From positions 1 to 64,000 of the forward strand of contig BAAIJX010000058.1 of NCBI GenBank assembly GCA_054600435.1: a stretch of DNA of 64,000 nt, given 5' to 3'. Below are positions 12,354 through 24,609 of this stretch, in pieces. Below the pieces are notes generated by a model. That model had not been told where the DNA came from and did not search any database. It saw only the letters and a list, made by a program, of their open reading frames with translations. The stretch is from Neophaeotheca triangularis (taxonomy: Eukaryota). The stretch's first letter is position 1, and each line of letters begins with the position of its first letter. The translations under genes were made by a program, and so were the position numbers.

Positions 12354-13142
12354 CGTAGGGGCGATGATGACGATGATGTTCTCGTGAGGATTGTCCGGCC
12401 TGTCGCGATCACCGTTACCCGGGGTCTTGAGTCTTGAGTCTTGAGTAGTGTTTGGATATGCAGCTAAAATAGTGCAGCTCTCCGCGATTTCAACGCAGCT
12501 TGACGTTTTTGGTGGAGGCAAATCCACAAATGAACGTTGGCGGGGCAACGATTGTAAGCACTACCTAAGTACTTGGCTGTCGAAGCCTCATTATTACCGT
12601 AAGGTTATCAATCCACCATAACGTTAGTCGTACCTCACGTGTATTTCGAATAGATTCAAGTCTTCTACATGCTACTCTGCCATGGAGGAAACGGACCGAA
12701 AGAACCCGTATAACGCTTCTAGACAACACCTGGGAGCTAACCCGCCAAGTTACTGGAAGCGCCGTGCATGTGAAAAGGGCTTTCTCTTTCTGTGAACGAA
12801 AAAGATGGCATTGGGCATCCTCATTCACGAGTGTTTGCTTCTGTCACATGATTAGAGCAAGAGCCTTCTTTTTGAATACACAAGAACAGCCTCACACCTC
12901 TCATCTTCCTCGCCTTTCCCACTTTTCCAACATTCGTTCCACCTTCGGTCCTTTTTAGACCACCTTGTAGCACGCCCATAAGCTTGCCGAAGAGATGTGG
13001 TATAGCTTTCGAGGACTTGTACCAAGATTGTAAAGTTTTGAAAAAGGTACAACTTCACGGACCGTCCGATCTTCCGCTTACTGACTGTCTCCACCAACAG
13101 ATATTCCCTGGTCCAATACCCTCCCCCTACCCGGCGAGCAGG

Positions 13143-13838
13143 ATGTCTTCTCTATACAACGCTATAGTGCTCCATCCACTGGCCCAGTATGCTCTCGACC
13201 GGATCAACAAGGATGACACCGACCTCCACACTGCCATACACGACCCGAGAGTAACAAAGTACGCCAATCACGCGGCCAGACACAGCCAACCCATGGTCCT
13301 ATGTGATTGTCGTCTCAGTTTCCTGAGCCTTCCCAGCGAACTACGCAACCGAATATACGAACACCACCTCGAGGACCTCATCTCCGACAGGCGCGCGGCA
13401 ATGGCTCTCATTAAGACATGTCGCACCGTATACACGGAGTTCACGCCCATGTTCTACGCCGGCATCGACGTCACATTCGAGGTCAATGACCTCTACTTCG
13501 AAGCCGTTGCCCGTTTCATTCGCTCGCTCGGGAATCTCGCCATCTCCGGGCTGAAGCACAACGCCCGGCTCACTATCGCGATGACTTTCTCGGCGGACGA
13601 TGTGGATACCAACGACATGATGTTGCTCGCGAACTGGCTTTCCTTTTGCCAGCAAGTCCGCATGAGCGGCAAGTTGGGGTGGACAGGCAGGGTCCCCTTT
13701 CAGTATCTCGCTAGGAGCGAAGACATGTTTGCGCACCTGGATGTGGAGAGCAAGGTCGTGCAGCTGAGGCACCTCGGACCGATTAGGGAAGAACTGGACC
13801 TCATGGTTCGGGAGTTCCATCAGTGCCAGGTACGGTGA
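13143..13838 (+). CDS. hypothetical protein with an F-box-like motif
   Basis: SFLSLPSELRNRIYEH motif followed by LIKTCRTVYTEFTPMFY, typical of fungal F-box-like orphans; ATG at 13143. Confidence 0.65.
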   Translation: MSSLYNAIVLHPLAQYALDRINKDDTDLHTAIHDPRVTKYANHAARHSQPMVLCDCRLSFLSLPSELRNRIYEHHLEDLISDRRAAMALIKTCRTVYTEFTPMFYAGIDVTFEVNDLYFEAVARFIRSLGNLAISGLKHNARLTIAMTFSADDVDTNDMMLLANWLSFCQQVRMSGKLGWTGRVPFQYLARSEDMFAHLDVESKVVQLRHLGPIREELDLMVREFHQCQVR

Positions 13839-14813
13839 GGGCGTGGTGGGCTTTATTCTGTCGTGCTTCGCCGGGAAGATCCACCCGACGGGCCCACTAG
13901 GTGCCTGTCGCCTGCTCTCCGGCTACCGTTTTTTTGGCGCAGCAATCCTTGATGCGGCCTCTCCAGCGGTGAAAGTACCACCAGGTCTCGAGATCATCCA
14001 TCGTCATCTACAGCCACATGATGATTGCTAAAGTCCCCGCTCACAATCTTCACAGGCTGGCGACGTAGGCCACTGGCGAAGGCCTTCTTTGCAGCTGTAA
14101 CCGTGATCCCTGCAAGATTGGACAGTACTGATCCAGATCGCCTACAAAAGCGACCCGGCTCACGACAATCTCCTACGGCAGGCGTTAAGTGAAAGCATTG
14201 ATAATGCGCAATACAATCCACAACAGAGCCGTACTTTTCTTGCGGGCATATGCGAACACTTTCTCGATGAAAACCCATTCTCGGACGCTGACGCTCTACT
14301 CGCCCGCGTGAAGAAGCTCGAACTTGCTGTAACATCCGCGTATGGCTCTTTCGACTTTGCGGAAGCGACCACTTCCTTTGCCCTGGACCAGACTGCCAGA
14401 CCCAGAAGTCTTCTCGAACACAACAGCCGAGCGGAGTGCCTTCTGCGAGGGCTTGAACCGCTAGCTACCTGTCTGACCAATACGCCGGAAGAATTTGAAT
14501 TCGCTGTTTCGGGCGAGATGACGGGCCTACTTGGCCATAGCTGCAGATCAGCAGTATAGAAGAGCAAACAGCTTTCCCTCTCCAGTCAATATCTCTGGCT
14601 GCTCGAAAAGTGTAGCGTGTCCAGTTTCATCTCCGCCCCGCGCCGGGATTCCTAGGAGAGCTTGTCTTCACCAATGTAACAGACGTTCTCGGCCACAGCT
14701 AGAGATCGGTGACTGAGACAAGCTTTGGCAACTTGTATACTTAGACCAACTCTTCCGCCACACAAAATACACAGTCCCCTCGTTCCCAGCTCCATTGGAT
14801 GCCGAGATCAAAC

Positions 14814-15548
14814 TCACTGACTCTCCTTGATAATCTGCTCCAACCCCTTTCGATACTCCTCAACCTCCTTGGCACCAGTAAACGTCAAATCCCTCCTCTT
14901 CCCCTCCAGAACCACAACCGGCACAGCATCCACCCCATTCCCCTTCTGCTCCTGTACTGCTCTCTTAACCTCCACCAGCCCCTCATCCACATCCCTCACA
15001 AACCCCCTCGCTTCTTCCTCCCCAACCCCAGCCTCAACACAAGCACCCACAAGCGTCTCCTCGGAACTCGGATGACGCTCCTCCTCAAAATACTTCCTGT
15101 AAAGCGCCGCCACAATGCAATCAGCACACTCGGCACCCCGCGCCTCTTGGAAATGCCCAATAACCCGATGAGCTTGCAGCGTGTTCGCCACCATGCCACC
15201 GAACTTGAAATCTATGCTTTCCGCTTTACCGTAGGCCGTCATGAGCGACGTGTACATTTGCATCTTCTCGTCGCTGTCGCCGTAGCGGGATTTCTTGTAC
15301 CAGGCGAACTTGTCTTCGCCGTCTTGGGAGGCTTCGGGGTAGAGTTGGTAGGGCTCGAAGTGAAGGGTGAAGTTTACCGGGCAGGGGGAGGGGAGTTGGG
15401 TGAGGGCTTTGTGGAGGCGGCGGTAGGCTAGGTAGGTCCACTGGGGGTTGTTAGATATAGCCTATATGATGTGTGCAGTTTGAAAGAGCCAAAGGCGTAC
15501 CGGACAGATAGTGTCTAGAGTGAACGAGATACGGGATTCGTAGGCCAT
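14814..15548 (-). CDS. DSBA/FrnE-like thioredoxin-fold protein; exons 15548-15501, 15440-14814
   Basis: MAYESRISFTLDTICP|WTYLAYRRL, PYQLYP, ANTLQAHR, GVDAVP cis-Pro motif; the active-site motif is CPWT (single Cys). Confidence 0.88.
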
Positions 15549-16053
15549 GGTTGTGGCTTCACTTGGTGTAATGGCTGTTCTGCTTGGTCTCTTGGTTGGT
15601 GATGCTTCGACTGATCGTCTACCTTTTGCCCTTTTTCATGATCCAGAGAGATAACCAATCCTAGTTGGAGCAGTGAGATGAGGTCGCTGGTTCACGAACA
15701 CCTCGGTTCAATGCGCTCCCGATATCGGGCCTGCACCACAGATAGTTGACAGAGCATTGAATAATGAGGTATGAACGATCGTTCATGTACGGCTAGTTGG
15801 TACGCGGACGGCAAGAGAGAGTCTGCATGATCCTTTGAGACACGACTTCTCTATAGGCCTGACCAGGGAATACGATCGAAGGTACCACGACACAAGAGGA
15901 CTCCATTTACTTGGACCCCATCGAAACGGTCGTGATTCAGACTCACTCCCTCCGGCCTCTCCTTGTCGGATTGGATCAGATATTTGGTTTCTAGACCGTA
16001 GTGACCGATCCAATCCAAGAGACACGCCTATTCTCACCTTGCCCAGACTTTTC

Positions 16054-16653
16054 CTAGCTCATATCAACATTATACTTCTGCGCCATCTCCCCAACATCCA
16101 GCGCGACCAGGAACCTACTCACGCAGTTGTACGCCGCAACTGTTGACGTTACCTCCACAACCTCCCTCTCACTAAACGACTTCCTCAAACCCTCAAATAC
16201 ACCTTGAGGAACTACACAACCCCTAGTCATGGCATCGGTGTAAAGCAGGACAGCCCAGTGCTTCTCATCCAGCAACCGCCTCCCCTCATCCTCCTGCTCC
16301 ACCAACCTCTTGCTCCCCTCATCAACCCCAGCCGTCTTGATAAACTCCGTCCCTTCAGCCGTCAAAACCCCACTAGCCTCCAGTATGGGTGCATGCGCAT
16401 GCCATTCATACCACGCTTTATTCAGCACAGCTACCCGGCAGATTGCAAGCTCGCGAATACTGTCCGGTAGAGTCGTTTGCGTACGTATCGAGCGGAGAAA
16501 ACTGTTCCAGCCATCGGCGACGGGTGGTGCGTGGAGGAGAGTCTTGTCTAGAGCTATGAGCTTGCCACCTCGACGGTCTTTGACGCGTTGGACGATTTCT
16601 TGTGATTCCGAGTCTGGCATTTGCGGGTCGTCTGGGATGTAGGGGAGGCGCAT
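16054..16653 (-). CDS. AhpD/carboxymuconolactone decarboxylase-like protein
   Basis: LLHAPPVADGWNSFL, RELAICRVAVLNKAWYEWHAH, TVAAYNCVSRFLVALDV. Confidence 0.88.
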   Translation of the reverse strand: MRLPYIPDDPQMPDSESQEIVQRVKDRRGGKLIALDKTLLHAPPVADGWNSFLRSIRTQTTLPDSIRELAICRVAVLNKAWYEWHAHAPILEASGVLTAEGTEFIKTAGVDEGSKRLVEQEDEGRRLLDEKHWAVLLYTDAMTRGCVVPQGVFEGLRKSFSEREVVEVTSTVAAYNCVSRFLVALDVGEMAQKYNVDMS

Positions 16654-16956
16654 CTTGGCGGGTTCTGAGTTGGAGAGACTGGGTCGGATCGCTGCTTGAT
16701 GGAGGGTGATGTGAAGGGAGATGTCAAATCGGATGTTCTGGCATGCGACTGTAAATTGTGTATCGGTATCTCTAAGAGTCTGTGGTTTTGTTAATGGTAA
16801 CGGTCATTGTTTACTTCCACCCTGATGCCCCTCTACCCCACGCCCACTGCTCCGGAGCCGGCGAGAGCGCGTAAAGAGATGCTGGTCCGAGCGTGCCTTC
16901 CTTTTCTGTAAAACATCTTGACTCGAGGTGAATGTATCAACCAGCCAACACACACC

Positions 16957-18081
16957 ATGGCCAAACCCAAGTCCGAGAGAATAAGACGATCGTCACCGCA
17001 TAGATTCGACGACAGAAAGAAAGCGAGCTCAAAAGAGACCAAAAATCAGCAAAAGAAGAAACCGCAAGCCGAGGAAGAGGGTGCCGAACCCACAGACGCA
17101 TCAGAAAATGTCTCCAACATACCCGCGCCCTTGCAGCAACGCTGTCTGAACATCTTCCGTGATGCTCTACAACTAGGTCAAAATAGCGACGACGTAGCTC
17201 TGCTTCAGGAAGTCAAAGGCCATCTTTTCAATCGCGACTTCGCCACAGCTTTTGGACGTACCGACTACCTGCGTGTCTACGCTTCTCGATGGAGCCCCAG
17301 TAGAGCTCTTGGATACATTGAAATCTTTGCTGGGCTGGAGAACCTACTCAAAGCCGGCGAAGATGTTGCTGCTCCGTCAAATGTCGTTTGTCTTGGAGGC
17401 GGTGCAGGTGCCGAACTTGTGGCTCTAGCTGGTTGGTTGAGCCTGCAAGAAATTCCGACAGAAGCTGGACCATTGCAGACAACCTTTGTCGATGTTGCCG
17501 ACTGGTCGTCTGTCGTTGACGCACTCGCCAGAAGCGTGACGCAACCGCCGGCAATCTCGCAGTATGCTTCGGCGACAGCGAAGGAGGCGAATGCCGCCAT
17601 GCTAGACGAGAGAGCTATGGGAACTACCTTCCAGAAGCTAGACCTGCTGGATCTTGAAGATGCGAGAATGAAGGCTTTGGTCGGACAAGCAGACGTTGCC
17701 ACTTTGATGTTCACGCTCAACGAGCTGTATACCGCATCTCTAGCGAAGACGCAACGAATGCTGCGCCAGCTTACCGCGGCGATGCGGCCGGGCTCTTTGT
17801 TACTCGTAGTGGATAGCCCTGGCAGCTACTCGACTGTCAGCATCAATGGTGCTGAGAAGAGGTATCCGATGCAGTGGTTACTCGATCATAGTCTACTGGG
17901 ACCGCCCAAGAAACCTGATTCGGTTGAGGAGAAAGAGGCACCGGTGTGGAAGAAGCTGGTTTCTGATGCTTCGAGGTGGTTTAGGCTTTCAAATGGGCTC
18001 GTGTATCCAATTGAGTTGGAGAACATGCGGTATCAGATCCATCTGTACGAGAGGCTCGGGCAGGCTCAGGAGGATGATTGA
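16957..18081 (+). CDS. BMT6: 25S rRNA m3U methyltransferase, Bmt6-like
   Basis: YASRWSPSRALGY, VCLGGGAGAE SAM motif, TLMFTLNELY, LLVVDSPGSYS, YPIELENMRYQIHLY. Confidence 0.85.
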   Translation: MAKPKSERIRRSSPHRFDDRKKASSKETKNQQKKKPQAEEEGAEPTDASENVSNIPAPLQQRCLNIFRDALQLGQNSDDVALLQEVKGHLFNRDFATAFGRTDYLRVYASRWSPSRALGYIEIFAGLENLLKAGEDVAAPSNVVCLGGGAGAELVALAGWLSLQEIPTEAGPLQTTFVDVADWSSVVDALARSVTQPPAISQYASATAKEANAAMLDERAMGTTFQKLDLLDLEDARMKALVGQADVATLMFTLNELYTASLAKTQRMLRQLTAAMRPGSLLLVVDSPGSYSTVSINGAEKRYPMQWLLDHSLLGPPKKPDSVEEKEAPVWKKLVSDASRWFRLSNGLVYPIELENMRYQIHLYERLGQAQEDD

Positions 18082-18510
18082 GGGGAAATGGAGCCTAGTG
18101 CCGTGAGTGATATGCTCACCAAAAGAAAGGCTGACGGACGGGAACGCACGCCCATATGATGAGTATACCCTACCATGACATGAGATGAATTGGGCGCTGG
18201 GCGGGGATGCGGGCAGGTGGGATCAATACCTACTATAGGAGGGGTAGAGCGCCGGGTGCGGATGCAAGCTCCCTGAACCTATACCCACCATGAAGGGCTG
18301 AGCGTTGGGAAGGAGTACAAGCCTCACTTCGCATGGTCTCAACTACACCAAAGGCAAAGTCGCGGTCATTCACAGCAAACGAGGGTAGTGGAACATTGTT
18401 GTCGCCAGCGGCCTCACCGCCAATCTCAAACGCAAACGGGTCACTGCAGCTACCCTCCCCATAACTCACCAATTAATACCAAACATCCCCAGCAACCTCA
18501 TCACCCTTCT

Positions 18511-18589
18511 ACGGTTATAGTCCAGAGGTTAGGATATCTGGCTTTCAAGCAGAGCCCAGAAGACCCGAGTTCGAACCTCGGTAACCGTG
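18511..18589 (+). tRNA. tRNA-Glu(UUC) with a 7-nt intron (18548-18554)
   Basis: Hand-folded cloverleaf: acceptor ACGGTTA/TAACCGT, D arm GTCC/GGAT, anticodon stem TCTGG/CCAGA with CT-TTC-A, T arm CCGAG-TTCGAAC-CTCGG; T-run about 30 nt downstream. Confidence 0.88.
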
Positions 18590-19075
18590 ATTTCAGTTAA
18601 TGGGAACCGTAGCTAGCATTTCTTTTTTTGCTGCCTTTTCTTTCCTCTTTAATCTTCCTGCACGATGTGTCGATAGGGTGCCGAGACGGACAAAGAGCGA
18701 CAGGACTCGATGCCGTCGAAGCGTAGCTTAGAGAACTGATAATCGTTTTATTTCTTACCAATCGATGCAAAGGGTCAAACAACCCTGGACTATTGCCCCT
18801 GACATCGTCTCCCAGTAAACAGTGGCCGATTCGAGGGCATGCAGACTTGACAATTGCTGCCCATCCTCCCCGCAGAGCAAATCCGGCGCACACTAGGATT
18901 TCGAACTTTGTCCGACAAGGAATTGCCCCTCCTTCGAGTCGCGGTTTCCATACCTACCGAAAGATGGTTTTACTCGTTTTTCTTGGGAAGGTGCCCTGGG
19001 GTATTAACCTACCGGTCGTGCCTTCCCTGGAGAATTTCTATATAATACGTTGACGTGGGTGGCTAGTATCGATCA

Positions 19076-19171
19076 TCCGGTGTGGTGTACCGGTAACATT
19101 TGTCGCTCTCACCTCTCTCTAGAAGACAGTAAGGCGCCGACAGGCACGGGGTTCGACTCCCCGCACCGGAA
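19076..19171 (+). tRNA. tRNA-Glu(CUC) with a 25-nt intron (19112-19136)
   Basis: Acceptor TCCGGTG/CACCGGA, anticodon stem TGTCG/CGACA with CT-CTC-A, T arm CGGGG-TTCGACT-CCCCG; T-runs at about 19208-19223. Confidence 0.92.
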
Positions 19172-19907
19172 TCGATCCACGGACGACGACGTGGTTCGTT
19201 CCAAGTATTTTTGCCATTTTTTTGCCATTTTATGGGCACTTTTCCCCCTAGGTCTTGCTGGAATCGGTCCGAAGCCAGGTGTTACGGCACCTCTCCGGAC
19301 AAGTATCACTTGCGACAGCTCTAGAAGCTGCCTATTGACTTCCCTTTTTCATACCCTAGGGGATATCGAGTTCTGTAAATATTGTCAAAGAAATGAACAA
19401 CTCTCGCGCGCTCGGGATGTCGTACCAACGTTACTGCAGATATCGCTAGGTTTCTGGCGATGCGAGAGATAAGTTAGAGTTGGTCCACCGTTACAAAACG
19501 TGCCCGTCGTATGGTCCGTAAAGCGAGCTCACACAAGACAAGCAATCGTTTCCAAGGCATCTATTCTAGGCGTCAACATCACAAGATGTACACGTATTCA
19601 TATTGTTCTTTTATCTATTCTGGGTGAGCAGCCCTTCTACACAGCCGGAATCCTTTCTACGACCGGACGAGCGATGCAAGAAATACCATAACCGGTAAAG
19701 TTGGCATCTTCAATGGGCCACCCTGAGATTTCCAGGTCACCGCCTGCACTGCTCTTGTATCTTGGTGCTCTCTTTGTTCGAGAGACGAGGGATCGAGCAG
19801 TATCAGCCCGCGGATAACAGAGCGACACTGCCTCCGGGAAGAGCGAAGCCACCGCCAAAAATCCTCACCCTACCCGACCATGAGCATTTCCAAACGCAGT
19901 CACGCTC

Positions 19908-20708
19908 TCAGAGAACCACATCGATGTTCCCTCCCGCCCACCCTCCCTCCCTCCTCAAAGTCAATACGGTCCACATACCTTCCCTAACAAAATCCCCCCA
20001 AAACTCCAAATCCTGCTGCACAACCTCCATCTCCTCCGGCCTCAACACCCTCAAACCCCCAAACCCATGCCGCTTGTGCACCTCCCCATCCAAACTCGCA
20101 CTGACCGCCATGGTCGTCGCCTCGTGCCGAAAACCCGGCTCCACATCCCAACAAACCTCATACTTGACACCACCAGCAATCTCCACCAAACCCTCAACAT
20201 AAACCCCATACTTGCCCGGCCGCCTTAGATTCGGAGAATCCGGCCTCGTGACACGGATATTGACCATTCGGCCCCCGGGTTTACACCACTTGGCGGCATT
20301 ACGCCACATGGCGTGCAGCTCGTCGGGCGTGGTCGCGTGGTCGAAAACCCAGCAAGCGAGGATAACATCGTAGCCGCCCTCGAGCAGTGGCAAGTGGTCC
20401 AAAGCCTGCGTGGCGTCCGCGACGTGCCAGTTGATAGCACCTTCCCGTTCCAGCTCGGTTTCAATCTGTTTGCCCAGTTCCAGCATCGCGGGGGAGATGT
20501 CGAGACAGTCTACGCGAGCGGCGCCGGCGGTTACGGCTTTGCGGGCGTGGAGGCCGCTGCCGCCGCCGAGGTCGAGGACGGTTTGGTTGGTGCAGTCGCC
20601 TAGGGCCGTAGTTATCATGGCGTTTTCGAGTTGCATTTGCGGGAGGGCGGAGAGGGAGTTGTAAAGGGCGGAGATTGGCTCGTATTGGGTTTTTGGGGCG
20701 AAGGTCAT
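19908..20708 (-). CDS. class I SAM-dependent methyltransferase
   Basis: VLDLGGGSG motif I, LDISPAML, VADAT, YDVILACW, KPGGRMV; intronless. Confidence 0.88.
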   Translation of the reverse strand: MTFAPKTQYEPISALYNSLSALPQMQLENAMITTALGDCTNQTVLDLGGGSGLHARKAVTAGAARVDCLDISPAMLELGKQIETELEREGAINWHVADATQALDHLPLLEGGYDVILACWVFDHATTPDELHAMWRNAAKWCKPGGRMVNIRVTRPDSPNLRRPGKYGVYVEGLVEIAGGVKYEVCWDVEPGFRHEATTMAVSASLDGEVHKRHGFGGLRVLRPEEMEVVQQDLEFWGDFVREGMWTVLTLRREGGWAGGNIDVVL

Positions 20709-23425
20709 GGTTGCTGAGGTGGTGGATTAGTTTGGGGGTGGTTTTGCCTGCTTGTGGGCGGCGAAGGTGTGGAGGGGAGGGGAGTGGGGGCTGGAAAGTT
20801 GCTATCACTTTTGTGAGAGAGGGGTTCAAGCAGACTTTAGCTGAGCGAGTGTCGGGGTGTTGCCCAAAGGAGGGGTGGAACTGATTCTGTAAGACGCCGC
20901 TAGGATCCACCATCTACTATCGCTCTGCATATAACTTACTGCGGAGGAGCTCAGCTCATGAGGTGCAGTTTCTCGAATCCTTCAGTGTTGTATCTCTTGG
21001 CCTACAGCTAGCGCTAGCGTTGTATGCAAGTCAGCGCTAAGGCTTCGAAGCGAAACAAACGATGGAACACTTGAGGCTGGCAATAAGTCTGAGAAAATTG
21101 TCTTAGGACGTTCTCCGTAGCACACGTGGGTAGGATTTCAGCTCCGACACCTCGCCGGGCTGCTTACGTTGATTGCGTTCCTGGCCAGAACCTGATAATT
21201 CGACGAATTCATGTGCTCCCGCAGCAGAGCATCATCTCCGCTGATCAGTAATTTGCTGCACGTCTAGACGCTACATTGCTTTTTTTGTTTCTGAGTAGAT
21301 GGGAGTACATGCTGCAGCCTTGGCCGAGGAAGCGGGAGCATCAGGTTGGAAAGAAGAGGTGTTGATGCGTATGAGATTGGACCCGGGCGGTGGACTTGTA
21401 GAGTTGACAAACGGACTCCGCTATCGTTGTGTGGACTCAGTCTCTGCACACGCACTTCTGCCTCCCCAGCAGAGTCCATCCAGGTACCCCAACAGCGTCC
21501 GGGCATGGGGAAACCATTCGTCGTTGCTTCCTGAACGGACGCAGGGCGCTGAGCGTAAAGCGGCCCCCATCTGTTACGGCACTAACAGGGTCGTTGAGCT
21601 GCTGCCAGCCTCCTCAGCGGCAGATCGTTGAGATAGACCACTGTACTGCCATCGGACTTCCAGTCTCATCATCCTAGATTGTGACATATATTTGAGAGTA
21701 CCCGTGGTAGTGTCGCTGGCATCCAACCTCGGGTTAAGAAGCGTTTTTTACTGGGTGGAATTAGGTCTCATGCTCGGAAGCGCATTGAACGACACGATGT
21801 AGTGAATCTTCGTCCTCGAGCCCCGGTTTCAGTACACCAGCGTCAGGTCGAAGTGAATGACCAGTGAATGAGTCTACTCGGCCTTTGCTTCGAGAGAGGG
21901 GAATGGTTTTGTCGTGCCTCGTAATGGCTATCTGTGGAGGGCTCAAAAGATGCATTGAGAGTCTTTGCGTGATGGTGTCCATGAGAGCTAGGTAGACGTG
22001 AGTGAACGCATGTCCCAATGGTCTACCTAACAGCACTTGTTCATTTCTGCCCCCTGGACCACGAGACGAAGGGGCCAGGAGATGGACGTCTCGCCCTGGG
22101 GTGTGTCAGCATGCAACTGCAGCTTGTCAAGCGGTCGCGACGAGCGTGACGTGAATCAGGAGGTTGACGGGACGAGACTGCATCGGTGTCGCTTTTGCCA
22201 CATATACAAGTGACCGTCAATTCGATGCTCGTCCACTGCCGGATTCCCAGGAGAGACATGCATGGATACGATAAGGTACACAAAAGACGCGTGTACTTGG
22301 CGCGTGGATGATAGTGGCGGTGCAAGCAAGCCAAGACGCACCGCCATACTGCGCCACACCCGAATTCATCACGACCAGCAGGCAAATTGTTTCATCTCGC
22401 GCTGCTGGAAAGTTTTCCGCGGTAAAGCGATGGCGATCCTGATGATCGAAACACCACACACACCACCTCACTTCACTCGCTTCGCCGTCGTTCTTAGGTA
22501 CTTTACGGAACGCTATCGTTAACATGGTCGGGCCTTGTTTTGCATGTTGGGGAAAACGCCTCCAATTGCAATTCGTCCGTGGTTACGACGCTCTCTTCTT
22601 GATCTTGCTGGCCAGACGTATCCATGGATACTTGCTTTAAGGGATGGCGTGTGCCGAGTATCCACAATGTGCCCCCTCGGCCTCAGCCTTGTCGGCGCCA
22701 AGCCGTGAATGTTATTCGAAACCCGTTTTTTCCCTTCCAAGATTAGAACGGGTTGCTCAACTTTCAGCCCTGCAAGGCACTCGACAGTAGTACCTTAACG
22801 TTGGGTAGTCTCTCAGAGTCTGTACTTGCAAGTCTATGTTGCCGTTGCCGTCTCGGTGTCTCGTTGAACAATGAAAGCAATCTAGTATCTACACGTGCAA
22901 TTAGCCAGACATCGGAACGAGACGGCCAGCGATCCGTGAGATTACAAGAGGCGGCCTTGGCTCGTCAGCTGGCAGGGCTGGTAAGCCTGGTAAGGTATAC
23001 ATGGGACTAGTGAAGTGCCTTGCCTTATTATTACTGGTACTTTCTGGTCTGGTCAGGTTTCTTGGTAGGTACCGTACTTACTACCAAGATTATTAGGTAC
23101 CTCTTCCTAGCTAGGTACCTTACTATACTGTATGTACTCTGAGAGAGGACGGGCTGTTCACCTGCCAATGACGTAGGACCTCTTGGTGCTGCCGTTCCTT
23201 GGTACTAGAGTTTGCTTGGTAGGCGGCTCTACCCGACACCTGTACCGTCGCTGTTGTCATAAGTAACAAGCCCCTTCACCTCCTCTCGCATCATCTCCTC
23301 CTTTCGCTGGTCTCACTTCGTCCTCATCGACAACAACAACAACCATTCTCCATCAATCCAAACATACCAATCTAACAGCCTTCATCAACCCCACTTAAAC
23401 CAAACAAACCACAAACACCGTCAAC

Positions 23426-23832
23426 ATGCCTTTCACCGGAAGGTAAGAGTCACCACTGACCCCAATCCACACCATCGCAGCGCGCACGCGACGACTATGG
23501 ACCGCCCCATCAACCGCGGCGGAATCACTTGCAAACCGCCCCCTCCATCATCAAAACCACACAAACTAACGCGTCATCTTCACCTCCAACAGCGACATCA
23601 TCAAGATCATCCTCGCCATCTTCCTCCCGCCCGTTGGTGTCTTCCTCGAGCGTGGCTGCGGCGCCGATTTCCTGATCAACATCCTGCTCACCATCCTCGG
23701 TTACATTCCCGGTAAGACATGACAACCGCCATCAAAATCGCGACAGTCAGGAGAAAGAAGTCGGAAACTGACAAACTCTCTTTCCTCACCACAGGCATCA
23801 TCCACGCCCTGTACATCATTCTCAAGTACTAG
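23426..23832 (+). CDS. PMP3: plasma membrane proteolipid 3 (57 aa); exons 23426-23442, 23593-23711, 23795-23832
   Basis: Manual splice gives [57 protein letters not shown]; absent from the ORF track. Confidence 0.95.
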
Positions 23833-24555
23833 ACGGCTCGCTTTAACGAAACGAGACCGACCATGACCGACGAGCGTGATTGATACCCCTTACCCACCAA
23901 CCGATCACCATTCCGACTACTACATGCGATACCCCAATGTCACCTTTCCCCCGACCACACCATATGCACACACGGCACTCCTCGACACCGACCCGCGCGC
24001 CTGATACCTCGCTCAAGCTTCATCATTGCGGTTTGGGGCTCTTCATGGCAGCGAGCTAAGCCGTACTCAACTCGCTTGCTTGTGGTCTAAGATGCGTGGG
24101 ATTGGTTAGAGGAGCTAGACGGAAGAATGGAGCGAAGCGGTAATGTTTCAGTGTGTTTTTGTATAGTAGCGGCATAATGCAGCGTATGCTTCTTCCATCA
24201 TCAATCTTGCCTCCGTCTCGCAATTTCCGGGTGTCTGACGGTGCCGTCGGTGAATACTGCGGCACCTCTACTACGTAAGTAAAGCAGCAATCGAGTCCGA
24301 CACTGCTCGATAAATTTCTTTCTCTCTTCCGCACCTCCACATTACCTCGACCAACCACCACCAAAGCATCGTGCCACACCCCTTCAACCATGCCAATGCC
24401 ATCCAAACATCTACCCAACACCAGCCCCCACCCACCCACCCAACTCCTACCACCGTCATCGCTAGCCGGCTACCACCCCAACACGACCTCATCTACAACC
24501 CTCAACAAAACAAGAAATTCACCTGGCGCCCTACTTCCTTACCTCCAGACCTCGC

Positions 24556-24557
<2 letters not shown>

Positions 24558-24608
<51 letters not shown>
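24558..24608. repeat. (GA)n microsatellite, about 25 units
   Basis: Directly visible. Confidence 0.95.

Positions 24609-24609
<1 letters not shown>

Noticed and set aside
13990..14720. Coding-like fragments downstream of the F-box-like gene
   Set aside because: Multiple stops, no credible start or splice model, no recognisable family.
20900..23300. Short ORFs in the long intergenic region upstream of PMP3
   Set aside because: No motifs, codon bias or splice structure.
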